Shown here piece by piece: positions 61,915 to 64,000 of a DNA stretch of 64,000 nucleotides. Every line of letters starts with the position of its first letter. Positions within the stretch are counted from its first letter, which is position 1. The stretch covers positions 434,001-498,000 of the forward strand of contig JANJGN010000121.1 in NCBI GenBank assembly GCA_026770705.1, written 5' to 3'. Both the position numbers and the translations under genes were made by a program. This stretch comes from Isurus oxyrinchus (taxonomy: Eukaryota). The notes beneath the pieces are model-generated. The model was given only the letters and a program-made list of their open reading frames with translations. It was not told the origin of the DNA and searched no databases.

Positions 61915-62726
61915 CTAACACACAGAGAATGGATCCTTTTAGAGAAATATAACATGAAGCATCAGTTCAAATAGAAAGCACAGTCCCACAAGAGAAAGCA
62001 CTTTTACAAGGATGATATCAGAACTGAGAGATTACAACGATCAGGAGAGAATTTCCTATTTTCAGACTTAGTGGAGTTTCTGTCTCTCAGATGAATTCAC
62101 TTCCACTTCGAGACAATTGAATTGACAATCCCGGGTGAGGGTGGGGGAGCAGCTCACAGTTCCTGACACACTGGCTTGTTACTTTCTCCGAAATCTGCCA
62201 GATTTAAATTCTATCCTGTTCCCAGCAGGAGAGAATCCATTTGAACCAATCACTGAACCGGCATCTAAAACAGATGATCAGGTTATTGATCACATTGCTG
62301 TTTGTGGGAGCTTCCTGTGAACAAATTGGCTGCTGTGTTTCCCATATTACAACAAGGGTTACATTTCAAGAATTATTTCAATGGTTGTGAATCCATGTGC
62401 AACGTACAGAGGTGGTGAAAGGCGCTATAGAAATACAAATCTTTCTTTTGCTCATATGTAAGAATTTTAAACAGGATTAGGGAGATTGATGTAAGTGGAT
62501 AACGTGATAACATTGATGGACACAGTCAATACATTTAATCACTGATATTAAAGTGAGTATTAGAGGTTGTTTTAGGACTGAACTGGAAGCTATCACCAGG
62601 TTATTGAGAATCAGACAGTGTGTTATAATAAACTGTGTTTGTGTTAATATGTAAATGTCACAGTTTGTGTTATTTCCCATTGAGTGTTGGATGTGAATTG
62701 TTGAGTAATTATAACACAGCACTTAC

Positions 62727-63095
62727 CAGAAACGTGAAGCTGGGTTACAGGGTAATAGTTATGGCTCGGACCATTGTCAAATTCTATTCTGAAAAAATAA
62801 GGTCCTGCATCTTCCCGTCTGATGTTGTTTATAATCAGGGAACAGTCGCCATCTTTCAGGTCTCCAGACAGCCGGGTCCGATGGTGGAACCGTGGTAACT
62901 CGTGACTGTGATCCTTGGAGTGAAAGACAATGGGAGCCCAGGGAATATGTTTCTCATTATGAAACCAGACTCCACCTCGCGGTTGGTTTTCCAGACACGA
63001 TGGATAACTGTAATGACATGGAATCTGTACACAGGAACCTTCCTGCGCTGTCACCTCTCGTGGAGTGTCACCTTTCCACTCTTGTGAGGGTTCAG
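62727..63095 (-). CDS. Gene C sialic-acid-binding V-set exon (intact); leader exon outside the window
   Basis: AEPSQEWKGDTP...SCVQIPC...GDCSL...DAGPYFFRIEFDNGPSHNYYPVTQLHVS|gtaagt. Confidence 0.93.
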
Positions 63096-63159
63096 CTGGG
63101 GAGAGAAATATCAATATTTAACTCTGAATGGTTTGTGGATCCAATAGACTTAAAATTTA

Positions 63160-63980
63160 CAGATGAGGCTGAATTGGGGGGATGGTCAATACTGAGGAGA
63201 ATGGCAACAAATTATTTTGGCAAGATGAATAGAAAAACAGGATATTATTTAAATGGAGACAGGCTGCAGAATGCAGTACAGAGGGATCTGGGTGTCCTTG
63301 TACATGAATCACAGAAAGTCAGCATTCAGGAACACCACGGAATGAGGAAGGCACGTGGAATGTTGGCCTTTATTGCAAAGGGATGGAGTATAAAAGGAGG
63401 GAAGTCTTGCAACAGCTGCACAGGGTGAGATTGTATCAGGAGCAGTGTGTACAGTTCTGGTCTCCTTACTTAGGGAGGGATAGACTTGCATTGAAGGCAG
63501 TTCAGAGGAGGTTCACTGGGCTGATTCCCGGGATTAAAGGGTTTGTCCTGTGAGGAAATGTTGAGCAGGTTGGGCCTGTATCCATTGGAGTTTAGAAGAA
63601 TGAGGGGTGACCTTATTGAAACATATCCGATTCCGAGGGGGCTTGACAGGGTGAATGCTGGGAGGATGTTTCCCCCTCGTGGGGGAATCTAGAACCAGGG
63701 AGCACAGTTTCGGAATGAGTGCTCTCCCATTTAAGACTGAGATGAGGAGGAATTTCCTCTCTCAGAGTGGCGCTAGCCTGTGGAATTCTCTTCCCCAGAG
63801 AGCAGTGGAGGCTGGGCCATTGAATAGACTCAAGGCTGAGTGAGGCAGGTTTTTGATCGACAAGGGAGTCAAGGATTTGGGGGACAGGCAGGAAAATGGA
63901 GTTAAGGCCACAACCAGATCAGTGAGAGCAGGCTCGAGGGGCCGAATGGCCTGATCCTGTTCCTATTTCTTATGTTCCTA
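63160..63980 (+). mobile_element. CR1 LINE 3' fragment
   Basis: YYLNGDRLQNAVQRDLGVLVHES...; RRNFLSQ...LWNSLPQ. Confidence 0.9.
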
Positions 63981-64000
63981 CATTCTTACCTTCTTAAAAT

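Noticed and set aside
48941-63095. Assigning MAG, CD22 or SIGLEC1 symbols to genes A, B or C
   Set aside because: Family signatures are clear, but the sequences lack the close identity expected of a true MAG ortholog. Orthology needs a phylogeny.

Overview
Eukaryotic, repeat-rich vertebrate DNA. The CR1/RTE/Penelope and 33-/35-bp minisatellite landscape suggests a cartilaginous fish (inference). The window is part of a Siglec/MAG-like immunoglobulin receptor cluster, and the genes must be read as spliced exons. On the minus strand, 5'->3': (C) an apparently intact Siglec-like inhibitory receptor whose leader exon lies outside the window (63095->48941); (B) a close paralog with 7 near-identical tandem C2 exons plus one internally deleted copy, a duplicated promoter/leader, loss of the membrane-proximal domain and a nonsense codon in its V-set exon (41219->25353); (A) a divergent MAG-like gene cut off inside its V exon by a Gypsy fragment (17135->~15980); and a three-exon hepcidin-like gene that the ORF track misses (11263->6624). 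The hepcidin-like gene encodes RQKR|MGRQQLCRFCCNCCNWREPNETCGLCCRY, with 8 Cys, an 8-residue loop and no HFP-type N-terminus. It has a TATA/BMP-RE/C-EBP-like promoter and a single-base lesion in exon 1. On the plus strand, 1071-1210 is the terminal exon of a receptor with an Arg in its transmembrane segment and a short tail, a candidate activating partner. Two assembly gaps are present. Everything was read by eye; no database searches were run.
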